Shown one piece after another: positions 1-13,739 of a DNA stretch of 64,000 nucleotides. The first letter of the stretch is position 1; the number at the start of each line of letters is the position of its first letter. Made by a program: the position numbers and the translations under genes. Under the pieces are notes generated by a model that saw nothing but the letters and a program-made list of their open reading frames with translations, searched no databases and was not told the origin of the DNA. Origin of the DNA: Eutreptiella sp. 'Long Island Sound 2002' (lineage: Eukaryota; Protista; Euglenida); assembly GCA_964036045.1 (NCBI GenBank), contig OZ038378.1:25916001-25980000 (forward strand), in the 5' to 3' direction.

Positions 1-1160
1 CCACGGGCTCTGGTTACGAGCGGGTCGATGTGGCATAAAGCCTCCTCCTGTTGGGTGACGGTGTTGCTGGACCCATATTGAGTTTTCACAGCCTCCAGGA
101 TCCGCTGCCAATTCCGCCTAATGTTGTGCTGCTTAGGTGTAAAGAGCCACGCCGACTTGAGCCCACCGACTAGCGCTCGAGTAGAGGTGACCTTGCCCAA
201 CGGCGTTGTCAATGACTCATTTATCCCCTCACCTTGGAACATAACCCGTACTGAATGCGCCACATGCTACACTTGCGAATCCGGGACATCTGAAGCGCTG
301 TCCATGGCATCCAGAACAGTGGTGTGTGCAGCTGCCAGTCCCGGGGCGTGAGCATCTCTCGCCAAAGGGGCGGTGCAGCGCCTGGTACTGAAGACCCAAC
401 ACCCTGAGAGGCTACTTCCTTGAGAGGTATGTGTGACAGGATCCCAGGGAATAGGAGCGCATCGCGGCGGGCTTTCAGTTCGCCAGCCAGCTGATTCTCG
501 TTGAGGGGAGGCCGCCCTGGCATTCCCGTCTCCGGAGTGCGCGTCAGCACTGAGGCGAGGGTCTTGTGTTTCTCTCCAGCCACCCATTGTGACAGCTAGT
601 GGAGCAGGGGTACCCGGAGGAACGGCTTTGGGGTGTCTTCGTCCCCTCACAGCACCATCTGGAAAGTCTCAGTAGATACAGATCGCATGTCAAGTCCAAA
701 CCCAGCGACATTCGCTGCAGCGCGCTGGTGAAGGATGGTCTTCAGCTCTTGGCCCCCAGATGCCATGCGGTCAACAAGGTACAACGTGCACTCTTGGAAG
801 GTGTCCCACACATGGTTGGGGTCGTGGTCACGAAGCGCCAGCAACAACAAGCGGAAGCAGGGCATCCACCAGCACTGCCCACCACAGTGTGGGCGAGGAC
901 AAGATGAGGTTGGTAGCCGGTATGCCACGGAGGTCCACTGAGGCGGCCATATGCCGGCAGCTGACCAGAATCTTCCCAACGTCCGCACTCCACGTCCTGC
1001 TCGTGAATAGGAAGACGTCAGCCGGTCGCAGCTCAGCAGCCTGGGCAGCCGTTGACTTGCCAGCGAAAGGGTGGGACATTGTGGCGGAGAATAGGCCTGC
1101 AGGGGCAACAGACCGGCGGAGGGTCATGGCAGAGGGGAGCCCATAGCTGTGAGGCAACTG
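1..1160 (-). pseudogene. Degraded ORF1/gag-like coding remnant of an unidentified element (runs off the window start)
   Basis: Protein-like text hops between frames (828..1157 LPHSYGLPSAMTLRRSV; 647..1108 LRDHDPNHVWDTFQECTLY; 221..583 LASVLTRTPETGMPGRPPL). No diagnostic motif recognised. Confidence 0.25.
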
Positions 1161-1744
1161 CTTGACCGGGTGAGCTGGGTCCCATTCATTAAGTCAGTTA
1201 GGGGAGTACTGCGCTCACTTGTAAGGCTGAGCTGAATAGTTTCACCCTCTCCTGTGAGTGACTAGAGGCCAACACCGGGCAGCATAGTCAGACACATCAT
1301 GCTGGGAGCCCGGGTGAAGTCACACGGCAACGGGGACTGTTGCCATCTGGAGAGGTTAGTGAGACTCAGGAGGCTTGCCTGAGGTCATCCCACTCCCTGC
1401 GGCTCCTATGGTACCCACACACGCACACACCTGCTTGTCGCTCGCTCTGCTCTCCCTTCCTCGCGTCCTGGTTCTACCTCTTCGCTCCCTTTGCCCCTTG
1501 TCGCTATCTTCTCTTCCGCGCTCTGGGGGGGGGGGGGGGGGTCACACTTGGTGTGGCCGGGTGGGTGGCGACGGGCGTCGGCCTGGCTTGGCCTGAAAAT
1601 AGGGGGCGGGGATCCCTACTTCCCTCCCAAAACCCACCCAGTGGCAAATACAGGGGCATGATACGCTGCCAAAGGTATGCCAATCTACATATCCATCATT
1701 GTTCCCTACGAACAAATTGCCCTAGATTTGCAACAGCCATGTAA

Positions 1745-2190
1745 CACAAACAATGCAACTAGAGTGACCACCTAAACAACCCCCCCTGTGTGACATTCCG
1801 TTTGGTTGTTGCTCCTTTACGGGGCCCTGGACGGTCACCCGTTCTTCCCTTCGCATGTTGCGTCGGGTCGCTACTTTCTGTCGGCCGCTGCGGCCGGTGC
1901 TCTTGCTGGTGTCGTTTCCGCGTTCGCGGAGCCCAGTAGTTGGCGTGTTGGGACTGTGCTGAATGTGGCATGGTGTGCCATTTGCGTGTCAGCGGCGCCC
2001 AATAGTTGGCGTATTGAGGATGTGCTGGTTGTTGCCGGGGTCGTTTGACTGTGTTTGCTGTCCACACACCTCTGTCCACAGGCCGTCCATCGCCTGCCTC
2101 GCTGTGTTTCTGTGCGCCCCCCCCTTGGAGTAACAAGGACACGGTGTGAGGGCACGGGGTCAACCACACAAAACTGGAGAGGTGGGACTG
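1745..2190. repeat. Probable non-coding interspersed repeat with internal duplication
   Basis: Internal direct repeat cccagtagttggcgtgttg (~1931) / cccaatagttggcgtattg (~1998). ORF 1759..2403 is a read-through of this repeat and of homopolymers. Confidence 0.35.
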
Positions 2191-5100
2191 AGGGACCAGG
2201 TGTAGTATACTATATCCCAGGTTAGGGGGGCAATGGGAGTGTGTGTGGCAAGGGGTTGGGGGGGGGGGTCTTTGCAGTGTGAGCAAGTGACTGGTAGTGT
2301 AGGCATTTGCACGCATGCACATACCACGTGCAGCACTGCCAGCCACTTGCTCATATGGTAGCCACTTCCTCATAGTGCAAAGCCCAGCCCCCAACAACAC
2401 CAACTGCTTGTTCTAGATCTTTACGGTTGTGAGCAAGTGACTAGCAACACTACACACAAAGGTATGGCATGTAGCACTACCAATCACTTTCCCACAAAGA
2501 ATCCCCCCCCTCCCCGGCCACACACACAAACAACTACAACACACAACTACAACCCCGTGTCCTTTCACCCTACACCCCCCCCCCCAACACAACCCAACCA
2601 ACCCACGCACCCCCTTACAACAGTAGTAATAGTAGTAATATAGTGGTATACTATCAACTGAGAACTAGGTTGGGGTAGGGGGGTTGGGTGTGTGTGTGTG
2701 TGTGTGTGGAGGGGGGGGGGGGGGTAATAATCAATACTCCAGAACTAATGATTCATAATTTTGCTATCTCAATAACTTAAATGACTGAATGAGTATATCA
2801 TCTACATATCCACATCATTGTTTCAAAGAAATGAATTGCCATAATTGCCCCAGTCATAAGATTCAAACACGCACTTGGATTCCTTCCTGTAAAATGCTCT
2901 GCCGACTCTTTGGCCTTCAGGTTCAACTGACTCAGGGGGAGGGTTGCAACTACAACCCATGCCAAAATGCGAACACGTTTTCCAGTTCCTGAGGGGGGGC
3001 AATCCCCAAAATTGCAGTTGTTGAGACCCTCGTCTCATTAAGACATGGAGTTGGGTGTAGAGTGCCCTCCTGGTTGACCTGACGTGAGCATACTAAAGCC
3101 CAAACGGTCTAAAACCGGCCCCCCACCCTCTCCATTGTCTTACACCTAAAACCATTTTTTAAAATTGTGCCTGTCCGAAATAGGCGGGTTCCCCCCCAAC
3201 TATCATGCAGCCGATCACGCTGACACCCAATTCCGTCAATAGTACAACATTCCCCCCCCCCGCCCGCTTTTTGGTTTGTGGTTTAAGACACCCCCCCCCC
3301 CCCCTGCCCCTGTCCTTGGGGCTAACAGCTGATTGGGAATGAATTTGCCCACATTATCAAACAAAACAGGGTTAGGGTTGCCAAGTAATCATCGGCATTG
3401 CAAAGGGCTGATGATAATATGACCTCTAAAGGATGTGGGGTGGCAGATTCAAAGACTAGGACGACCCTCAATCACACACACACACACACACGGCCCTCTG
3501 GGCTGCCCCCCTCAGGGCCGAACATTGGACTCATGGTTTGCAGTAGTGGTAGGACGTAGGATTGTTGAACCTCGCAATTTGAGCATGATTAGAATTGTTA
3601 CCTTGACACACACACACACACACACACATGGCATTTACACGCTCTGCCCCCCCCCCCCCCCCCGTACCCCCCCCCCCAAATAATCAAGAGTGTGGTGGGA
3701 TGACTGGGTAATTTGTGCGTAGGGTCATTTTTGCGCACGAATTCTTTGGTGTACGGACCGGAAAGCAGGTGGGTCTGTGGACACATTCCCTGGTGCACAG
3801 ACCAGAAAGGGGGTGTGTGTGTACAAATTCCCTGGTACAAGTCCCCGTCCGGGGGTCCCCACATGAGGGAAGACGAGGGAAGACGTGCCCCGAAAGTTTC
3901 GGCCAAGTGGCACCATCCTGGGCCCGTACGGGGGAAGGGGGGCGGGGTCCTTGGGTTGCCTGAAGCGGGATTCCCATCACCAGAAGGCATGTTCAAAATT
4001 GCAGTCCTGCACATTGTGATTGCGCATGTTTGACTGTTGAGTCTCCATGTGCTGTTAGCGTGTATTGTCCTCATTACTTGTCTAAACCAGTCTGTCATCC
4101 GCGTGCATAGTTTATTCCAATTTGTGTTAGCTCTTCTGCCTTGTTCCTTTTCTTGTTTGAACTGTTGTGTATTGTTGCCTAAGATTGTGGCATGTTCAAA
4201 ATTGCAGTTTTGCACATTTTGTGAACGGCATGGGGGGGGGGGGATTCCTGAAATGCCAGCACTTGGGACCCCTTTCTCCATGAGAAATCGCCTCGGAGGT
4301 GGGTTTAGTCTGCCTCTAATGGCCTGCACCAAGCCCATCTGCGCCTAGCGTAGCCGGGCAAGCGCCACCCAGCTTTGCGTGGCACCCTGTGGAGCAAAAA
4401 TTTAGGGTTCAGGTACTGCCACAGCCCTCTGAGCTGCCCAGTGGGCTGCACAGGAGTGGGCCAAATCAATGAACTTGCCCATCCAACCCAGCTGTGGCAC
4501 ACGGCGACTTGTGGCCCCTCCAATCAAATCTGTGGTTTCCAAAACCACTGCGGCTGGGGCCGTGTGCAGGCAGGTACCAACCAGCAGAGCAGCATCAACG
4601 CACTGGATCACCAAGCCAGTGCCGGGATCAATCTCACCAAAGATGTCATGACGTTCCGACTCACCCTCTCAGGAGGGTAGGGGGTGGGCGGGTGGTTCAA
4701 ATGGCAGTGCCCAAGGCGTATGCACCTGAGCAAGCCTACAATTCGGACGTTCACTGCCCCCTTGGGTCTGTGGGTGAAAAAAACAAAATGAAGCAAATTG
4801 GGTACGTTGTGCTCAGGGGAGGGTCACATGTGGGTGGCACATGCCGCCGCCCCCACCGTCTGAGTGGCCTGGCCCGTACCCCGCGGCACATTGGTGCCAG
4901 TGGACTGGTGTCCACCCACTGGCTATCTACGTGCACTGGCCGCACACCCCGTGACCTCCCACAGGCAGTGTGCACACAGAACTGCACATATTCACAGGGG
5001 CAGGGAGATCCTTCCACAGACAAGTGCCTGGCCCCTGGGAACCGACCTGTGTCTTCATACTCCAGGGAACAACTGGCGCAGAAACTGCCCATCAGCGGCT

Positions 5101-6769
5101 TCATGCAGGTAGGGCAGCAAAGCCGAGGCTGTGGACAGGAGGAGACATAGCATGCCCTTGGACCACCAGGGGGCACCCCCTCAAGACAGGGACCGGTGTC
5201 TGTGGACAAAGACACAGCTCATGTCGTGCACCCAAGAACTGGATCATGACGGTGGAAAAAAATATTCCATGTTCAAATGGACCCCCTTAGACTCTATGGT
5301 ATGGGTGCTTCAGGAGTATGGCCATGGCTGGTTGGTGCTGAGCGTCCCTTGGTCACTTACCACCAAAAAACAGTCGTGGTATTCCAAAAACCGGCGCAAC
5401 CATACCTCCATTGACATGAAAGCCTCGTCCACGGGGGCCATCTCATCCTCAGGAGCAGGGGCAGGGGCCTCCTGAACGTCCGCTTCAACGTCCTGCACAT
5501 CCGGTTTGGGATCCACCTCTGCAGACAGATACAGCGTGCTTCAGAGGCTCACACAAGAGGCTAGCTGCATCCATCTTCTACGGCAAATCAATGTTGTCGG
5601 CTGCCGGGGTAATCAGTGCACCTCCCGGTCCCTTGCACAGCAAGGCACAGCTTTTAAAGCGTTTCGGAGGCACAGCTCTGGGTCCTCTGGCCTGCGCTGT
5701 GGGTCTTTCGCTGATCCCTGCGCTCATGCAGGCCCAGTAATACTGTCAACCCCACAGCCGCCTAGGAAGCTCACGCTAGGATGCACTATCTGCTGCCTCC
5801 AAAGCCCCAGCCAAAGGCCGGCAAGCGCATTCATCCCTCAAAAGGGCACACATGCACACACCCTCTGCATTCACAGTCGCCATTTGCCACTGGCGCAGGT
5901 TGTTCTTTCGCGATGTGAGCCAAGCGATCAGAGCACCAGCAGCGAAGGGCAACAGAAGGAAGCTGGCCGCATTGTTCACAATGGATGTCCAAGACGCCCC
6001 ATTGAATGCAGAGGCAGCTGCTACACTTGGTGCTGCACAAATCAGACGGGTGCGACAGACGAACACTGAGTACAGCGCAATACAATACCCACAGCTTTGC
6101 ACCCATGCACCCATGGCTTTGCAAAAAGATGTGCACGACTGCGGTTGGTCAAACACGGGCTGCCACAATTCCGCAGGGATCACGAATCGTGTCTCTGGCC
6201 CCTGCCTTGCCCGCACCACAGCTGTTGCCCAAATCCTTCCTGTGCCGCATTCAGCTTCTACTGCAGCGCCTTCCCATTCCACAGCCCCTGTCTCCTCCCC
6301 TGCGCTCGCATACCAGGGGCCGCAACAGTGCTGCTGTACGGCACCTCAGCGCGCTGTTGCACCGTCTGATATTGGTGGCCTGCAGTGCGAAAAGCATGGA
6401 CTTCAGCGCATGTGGATGCGCCCTCAAACACTCCCCCACGACTATCATTGAGTGTGGTAAAAAAAAACTCATAGAAAATGACCGCGAGTGTAATACAACA
6501 ACCTTCCACTGAGACTGACAGGTCGAAGTCAACACCTCTGAAGCACAGAGCATGCCGAAAATGGGGGGTTGGTTTGGCAAGAATCCTTGGTGTAGCATGC
6601 TGGGTCTGTCTGTTCGCCAAGGCAGTCCGGTCAGGTGCTTCAGTGGACTGGGTCATTTGGCATGCTACGTTGGTTGGGGGGGTTGCGTCGGTGGGGCCCG
6701 TCACATCGGGACTGCAGGTCGTGCCAGTGTGGCCAGCGGGTCGGTCTGGCAATTGGGGTCAATGGAGTG

Positions 6770-7075
6770 GATGGGGTCAGTTGGGGAGAAAGAAACCAGG
6801 TTTGCGCACAGAGGAGGTCGTTGGAGCCCCTTTCTCATCCCCCCCCCATCCCTTCAGGGCTCGGGTGACGACCATAACGACCACCCAAAGAAACCCTGGG
6901 CTGCCAGGGTCCGGGTGGGGAGGGCAGCCCCAGCAAATGTGGCTCAAATGATCCCCACTTTGTGCTCACCATTTTGACGGTACATATGTTGTGGAAATTC
7001 TATTGCCTCTGGCAAGGCACCTCGAAAAGAGTGCTAGAACACTAGAGTCAGTCAATTAGGCTGACAGTCAGCCAA
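6770..7075 (+). repeat. Dispersed ~300-bp repeat, copy 1 (copy 2 at ~33945-34250)
   Basis: Shared blocks in the same order: ccttcagggctc, atgtggctcaaa(a)tgatcccca, tctattgcct, ggcaag.cacctcgaa.ag, gtcagtcaat. Confidence 0.75.
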
Positions 7076-7175
7076 TCATTCAGGCAGGCATGCAGGCAGG
7101 CAGAAAGACCCAGTTTCGTTTTTTTTTGTGGCAGCCTACATCTACAAGCGATGGTGAACCTCATCTGTGCAGGCA

Positions 7176-7310
7176 AAAACAGTGGTCCAGTGGAAAAAAA
7201 GTTTACGCACGGCCAGCCGAGCGTAGGTTCGAATCCCGTGCCGGATAGCCGACTGCGTGACGGTTTGTCCGTCAGCCTTTTTGCAAGGATTCGAATCCCG
7301 CTAAGCACAA
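7176..7310 (+). mobile_element. Dimeric tRNA-derived (SINE-like) sequence
   Basis: A-box tggtccagtgg (7183) with B-box ggttcgaatccc (7226), 43 nt apart. A second A-box-like tagccgactgc (~7246) with ggattcgaatccc (7287). Acceptor stems do not pair, so not functional tRNAs. Confidence 0.5.
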
Positions 7311-7339
7311 ACTTTTGACCCCTCCCACCCCCCCCCCCC

Positions 7340-7550
7340 CAAACAAGTGCTACCCAAGTACCGGGGGGGGGGGGGGGCTCAAAATCGGAAAATTCATTGG
7401 GGGGTCATTTTGTCTCGCAAAATAATGATTTTACAATGGGTTGGACATCCAATATCATGCCTTGGGGTATGCTACGCAAAAGACCCAAAAAGGGGGGGGG
7501 GTGTATGGCGTCCGCGCTTGCACTTGGTCTAACAACCTCTCTTCGAGGTG
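7340..7550 (+). repeat. Dispersed ~220-bp repeat, copy 1 (copy 2 at ~59700-59922)
   Basis: Shared aaaat(a/g)atgattttacaatgggtt, ttggggtatgctacgcaaa and caacctctcttcgaggtga. Confidence 0.8.
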
Positions 7551-10500
7551 ACTTTCTTTCAAAAAAAAAGTTTCTTCCGGCACCTTCGGCGCCACAATAC
7601 TTTGTTTGCAACAACAGTCCTGTCACCTGAGCCCCTTTCCCAGCCCCCCCCCCCCCCTCTGCCAGACATCCTAAATTTCCAGCTTTATTATTTTCTGGTT
7701 GTTTTCCAAAAGCAGCTGTTCCGGGAAGTTAGAGGGAAATGAAGAAAAAGGGGCAAGCATCACGAATGCCTGATGCCAAGATGAAAGAAAAATGGAGAAG
7801 AATGGAAAAAAAATGGGACATTTTGACACACCTGTCCCATTCTTCCGCCTCCCATTTTCACCATTTTCCCAGCGGCAGCATTCCTTAAGGTTTCCTAATA
7901 AATAAAAGACTGATTTTCAGAGTCTGCGGACGGACACATGAGGAAAAGCAGCACTCCCAGGAGTCTGTGGGAATCTGGGGACTTAGGAGCATTGCTCCTT
8001 CACAGGGCTCGAACCCCCCTCCCCCCCGGCGCACACCTTCCCGCAGCCCCGCTAGTGAATTGCATCGCTTCAATAGTTCAGGTCCATCTGTTGGGTGCTG
8101 TCGGTGAGGCGCTATGTTGGTGTAGGGCTTGCCTTGGCTCAGACAGTAGAGCCGGTTTAGAGTGGTCCTGCTGGTTCTCCCAGCCCCTCCTGCCCTCCTG
8201 CCCACTGCCCATCCGGCTGTCCCTGCTCTGCCCTGGCGTGCACTGCTCCATGGTACTTCAGTCAACGTCAAAATCTGTTAAGCTGACCTGGGCTGTTTCT
8301 GGCACCCCATGTTGGCCACAGGCGGAAATGAAGAAACGGACTAAGAGAGGAGGTGCGTGTTCTAAACTGCGTTTTAAATGTGTTTAAACCTGGGTTTGGT
8401 GGTGTGGGCCGGTGCATCAGGTCAGCGCTCAGGTTGGGCAGAGGGTTGGCGTGTCAGCAGGCCAACGCCGCCACCTTCGAGGCAACACCTGAACCCTCGT
8501 CCAATGGGACCTGTGTACTCACCACCCACTCCCACTGCGAGAACCCCCTCCCTGCCTTGTGAAGCATCAACCTGCTCTTGTGGATACCTACAATCTTGCA
8601 ATCCTGAGTCCATGGCAAATTATGCAAGTTATATTGTCCCTGAAACTTTGTTTTCTAGGATCACCAAGGCAGTTAGCGCGGGGTAGAGGCCCATTTGACC
8701 TGCAACGCTCTGGGCTTGCAATGGCATTATTGTGGTACACTGGGCCAGGGCCAATCTGATGCGCTGTCTTGTGAAGAACACCAAGACACTATGGAGCGCT
8801 GTGCCATCCGAGAAGCGCTTGCAACGTGCAGAGGCTTCAGCAAACCTCCGAAACCGACAGGTGCTGAACACTGCATGGAGCATAGGCTATCGCGAGCGCT
8901 AGAGAACTACACAAAGCTCAAAGCTCTTGATTCAGTGACGTTCTGCACAGCCCCTTGTCACAAACTGGCCTGTCAGCACCACGACTCGCCTACAAGCGTC
9001 GCCAAGCACTCGATGTACTCCCAACAACAACAACAACCAACCCTGTGCCTGCCTGGCGTGGACTCACAAAGATCAGCTGTAACATTCCACATTCCTAAGG
9101 TCTGCAGGAGCAGGTTCCACACAAACCTAAATGCCACAAAGAGGAGAGATCATCAGCAGAGCTGTCCTTCAGGCCCAAAACAACAAAACACTGCCGGCCT
9201 CCTGTACGCTCGGACCTCAACAAAGCGCCAGCCGACGAGTAACTGCTGTCGGTCACCGGCCAACCGCCAACCATCGTCGTTGGTACACGCCAACCACCGT
9301 GTCGTAAATGTTTCCTGCCACGAAAAACCTCAGGCCGTAGGCAGTGAAACGAAAGCAAGAAAGCCTCAAGGACAGCCCTGATCATCAGCAACTCCTTCCC
9401 CCCAAATCGGGGCATACACAATACCACCATCCATCACCACCATCCAGAGGCCAGTACAGCGGGGGGCCATTGCCAGCCATAGGCCGAGTACTTGCGCCAG
9501 AGTGCTTCTCTGATGGAAAAACACCTTAGGGCTTTGACGCACAGCACAGCGGCTATGGGCAGTGCTTTTGCTAGGCAGAGCACAGAGTGTGGGCACTGCT
9601 TTGATCGGCAGAGCGCAGGAGGTATGGCCAGGGCACCGAACCCTTCCTCAAACATCAGTGTTGCTGGCTTGAGTGCCTGTATCTGCCATTTTGTGCGATG
9701 CACACCTGCCCGTCTCTCCTCAATCATCCGGCCATTGGAACGATCATGAGTACGTATCCCTATCCCTCCTCCTGCCCAATCCGCTGCATCTTCCGTAGCA
9801 CTGCCCACCCTCCTCACAGCATACAACATACCAAGAGCTGCACCGGAAGGAGTTTGCACGAACCCTCGCACAACGGAAGCTGGTGCGCCACCAGTGACTG
9901 TTGCACTGTACGAGAGCAGACAGAGCTTGTGATTTCACCCTTGCGCACCCAGCAACCCAGCCTGGACCTTGTGGACTGCAGGTTTCTGGTCGTATTTGAA
10001 TGCAAGGGATAACAAGGGTGTCTTGCAGAAGAGCCAGCAATGTCATTCATTGTGGACTAGCGATCACTCTGCATGCACATTGATTCAAGCGATGATGGGT
10101 AGGCTTTGCTGGAAAAGCCAATGCTCAAGACGAGCACCCTGGAGACAAGCTACCAAGCACCTGTTCACCACGGATATGATACAGGTCAAGAAAAATACTG
10201 CGTTAGATGGTCGGTATGGAGTCTTCCAATGATTTGCGTTGTCAGCTTCCCGCTTCAACCCAACCATCAGGTGGCTTCGAATTTGTCCTCAGCAGCTCAA
10301 ACCCCCCACCCAAGGGGGGGGGGGGGGGACTACAACCGGTCCTGATGTGACCCACCCCCCAGCTATCTGTCAAAACTCTGGGGGGGGGGGGGGCAGCTGG
10401 AGGGTGGCCTGCGCGCGACCCACTACTAACACATGCATACCTCCAGGGGGGATGTGTGTCTGGGGGTATGGGGGTGTGGAGGTATGTGTGTGATAATAGC

Positions 10501-12034
10501 GCTTTCTCCTCTTTGCCGGGAAAGAAAAGAAAGACCGCACTGTGTAACCATCGGTGGTCGCCCCTGATAGCACTGGGACTGCACTTGGGCCGGGGTGTTG
10601 CTCTGAATGTATGATCTTCACTTTGCGACGAACGACATTTGTATAGCGCCCCGTCTTGCTAATCTGGCGCTCAAAGTCATTGATGGTTTGATGAAAAAGA
10701 AGCATGCACAAATAAAACGGGGGCGGGGCGTTGGCGCCATGCCCCCCGACCCACTATCTCTCAAAACCCGGCGGGGAGGGGGGGGGGGGTCGCATACAAG
10801 GACCGGGCCCGGCCGCCCCCCTGTGCCCCCTACCCACCACCAGATGAAACCCATCAGTGTTGTACCATGTGTGCGTGCCTGCCAGGCCAACCTGTGCATA
10901 TTGGTCAGATCCTCGATCAGACTCGACCAGACTGCTCAGAACCGGAATGGGCACCAGAGGCAAATAAATCTGCCACGTCTGATGCAGAATCACGACCGGA
11001 ATCTGAATCCGCATCAGGATCGGCATCAGAATCAGAATCCGGTGGCAGCTTCAAAGGACGACCTACGTACCTCAATCTGCGTCCCGTGTACCTCAATTTT
11101 CATCGGTTTCACAAACCTAAGCGTTAGGGCTGTTTACAAGTGTTACTTGGGGAGATTGGAGAGAGTGCAAGCCTCGGGTTTTCTTCACAGGAATTGTACT
11201 AGCATGGCTTTGGGACGACTTATAGTGGAAAAACTGGGGCTGGCCCAGTTTCTGGTTGCCAGTGCAACCAAGTGTCCTACCCTTTTGCACTACTGTAAAC
11301 ACCTGCCCTGCTGTGTCCCCATACCTCTGATTTTTACCGCATTTCTACATGCCAGTCTCTTCAATCAAGTGACAACAGGTGCCGCAAACAAAATTGGGTG
11401 CGCTTCAAAGGATAACCATCTGCGGCGCTGTCGCCCACATGTCAGAATTTGTATCCTGCTCTAGCCAGTAGCAGAGCTTCTGGAAGATAGGGGCATGCAG
11501 GAGCCTCAAACTCTCTGCAGCTTTAATCCTCCAAAGGCAGCCCGATGCGCGGCCCCAGGCATTCACCCCATGCCCAATGACCCCCCGTACACAATGAGGC
11601 ATGGGGGCTTTCAGCGGCGCCCTAAAAAATATCAGCTGCTTATTTCAGCTATTTGCTGATGGCGGCTCTGAGCCTACACCCCATTTGCCTCTAAGCCGGC
11701 AGGCACGAGATGGTGTACGTCCGAGTGGTCACCATAAGCACTGCTTGAGGGAGGAGGGAATGAAGCGCCAGATACTAAGCTATCGTATACCCCCAGGACA
11801 CAGGCATGCGGTCATCACTCACCACATCAGTGCCGAATGTTGCTTTGAGTTTGCTGCTGTCAAGCGACTATCGAATCTTTCATGGGCTGATTGGGTTGAG
11901 AATCAGGAGCAACAGTGGAGAAGAAGGTAGAGGAGAGAGTGTTACTCGTTTTCCTCTTTTTGCCGAGGGAAAATTTGTGTGGCTACTCCTCGTCACTGGA
12001 CAGCCGTAAACCCCCTGAGTCATTGAAGTGTATA

Positions 12035-13100
12035 TCATGTGTGCCAGGCATGTCCTGATGTCCCAGGTCGGCCCAAATGTCTGTGACAGATTTTTACAGT
12101 CACAACTTTGTTCATAGTAATTGTTGTCCCTTTGTTTGCCCGCAAATCTGCCCGCTCATTGCCCTCCACTCCAACATGTGAAGGCACCCATTGCACCAAG
12201 ACACTGGGTCCAAGCAGCAACCACTTTGCCCATAACTGCTGCCACAGGCCAGCATGGGCCAGGCCCCAGGATCCCACCCAATTGTGTCGACACCAGTTGT
12301 CACATTTACCTTGCAGCCCGAAATACACCAGCTCAGAGTCGGTAACCAAATGCAATGGCACTCCTGGGCACTTTAGTGCCCTCAGAGCTGCAGTGAGTTC
12401 AGCTCTGGTGATGGACAGCCTGTCCGCGACTGGCAGGGGGGAAGACTCATTTCGCTCATCCCCCTCCCCAACCCATACCCCAGAACCAGCATACTCAACA
12501 CCCCCCTGCAAATCTCAAGAACTGTCAACAAAAGCTACGCCCCACCCCGCATTAAGTTTATTTGCAATCTTCTGGACCATGTCCGGCAACATGTGAGCCC
12601 ATTTGTCTTTTTGGAGCACCCTCACTGCCCTCGCCCACATCACAGCCCCCTGTGGGGACAAAAGAGGTGGCAACATTTTTGTACCCGAATGAAGCGCTCA
12701 AGACAGTCACTGGGATACTGTGCCTCTTGCCTAATGAATGAAGTCTGTGGCGCCAACGCTCAGCACTCCACTACCATGCACCACATGGAGGCAAATGGAG
12801 GGGGGGGGGGGTCATCCGCCAGCAAGTCTTGGTTGCAGATGCTTCAGCACAGAGAGGCACAGAACCTGAGCATGCTCGGCTGAGGCTGCACAAAAGAGCT
12901 GACGATCAGGGCCAAAGCAACACCAGATGCAACACTGGCAGCGATGACACTGAGAGAAAGGGAAGTTGAAGACTTGAAAGGAATCTATGCGCCCATCGCG
13001 GCCAACTTCCCTCACGCCAACTTCCCTGACATTTGGAGCTGCAGTGCCTGCAGCACCAAACAGAATGCCGCCCACATCTGTTTGCCTGTGATGTGTGTGC
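12035..13100 (-). pseudogene. 3' fragment of a LINE ORF2 with RNase H1-type domain
   Basis: ORF 12035..12511: AGSGVW, RAELTAALRAL, VTDSEL, QWVPSHVGVEGNERAD. Upstream VAFVDSS* corresponds to the first catalytic Asp motif. Confidence 0.85.
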
Positions 13101-13739
13101 CAATATCATGTTCGCGGGCTGAAACTGGGAACCACTTGATTTTAGGGATAATAACTGGTTTGCTTCATGGTTTCCCACCCGCAAAGGAAAATGCTGCTGT
13201 GGGAAAATCATGAAAAATACACATCCATTACATCGGGAAAACCTTCCATGCACCAACAGTGTGCTGTGATCCCAATAGCCCAGGCCACGTTCCACTGCAA
13301 ATATGCACGGCTTCCCCCTTTTTCGGTCTTTGCATATTTCATGGTGTTCACATCGGTAGCGAGCCTGCCATGTTCACAGCCAGCACCAGGGTGGCACAAG
13401 TGGGTAGGCAGAGTGAGCAGCCTTCCATTACAGGAGTCACACATTGTATGGTTCAATTACTTTCCAAACAGCAGGCAATCATTGGCCAAGCCATAGAGGG
13501 TATGTTTGCCCGGCGCGCACCTGGCATCCAAATCAATGTTCCGGCCATCTATCCCAATGCTTTACCCCCAAACATCACCCCCTCTTCTATCCCAGGAACC
13601 CTAAGCACAAGCACATTGAATGACCGTTGGCGATCAATTAAATTCCCATTTTTTCGCCCAACAAATGGGACTATCACATGCACCCTACCCTTGTAGGCCC
13701 CATCATGGCCACCGGGGTCAAAAGGATACTACCCCCCCC

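Noticed and set aside
1451-1470. ctcccttcctcgcg resembling the ribozyme P3/L3
   Set aside because: No P3' GGG, P1 or P2 partners. It lies in a pyrimidine-rich low-complexity tract.
7176-7310. Functional tRNA genes
   Set aside because: Acceptor and T stems do not pair and the anticodon loops are non-canonical.
8695-9381. 228-aa Cys/His-rich ORF as a zinc-finger host gene
   Set aside because: No recognisable ligand spacing, low-complexity tail, and no supporting splice structure.
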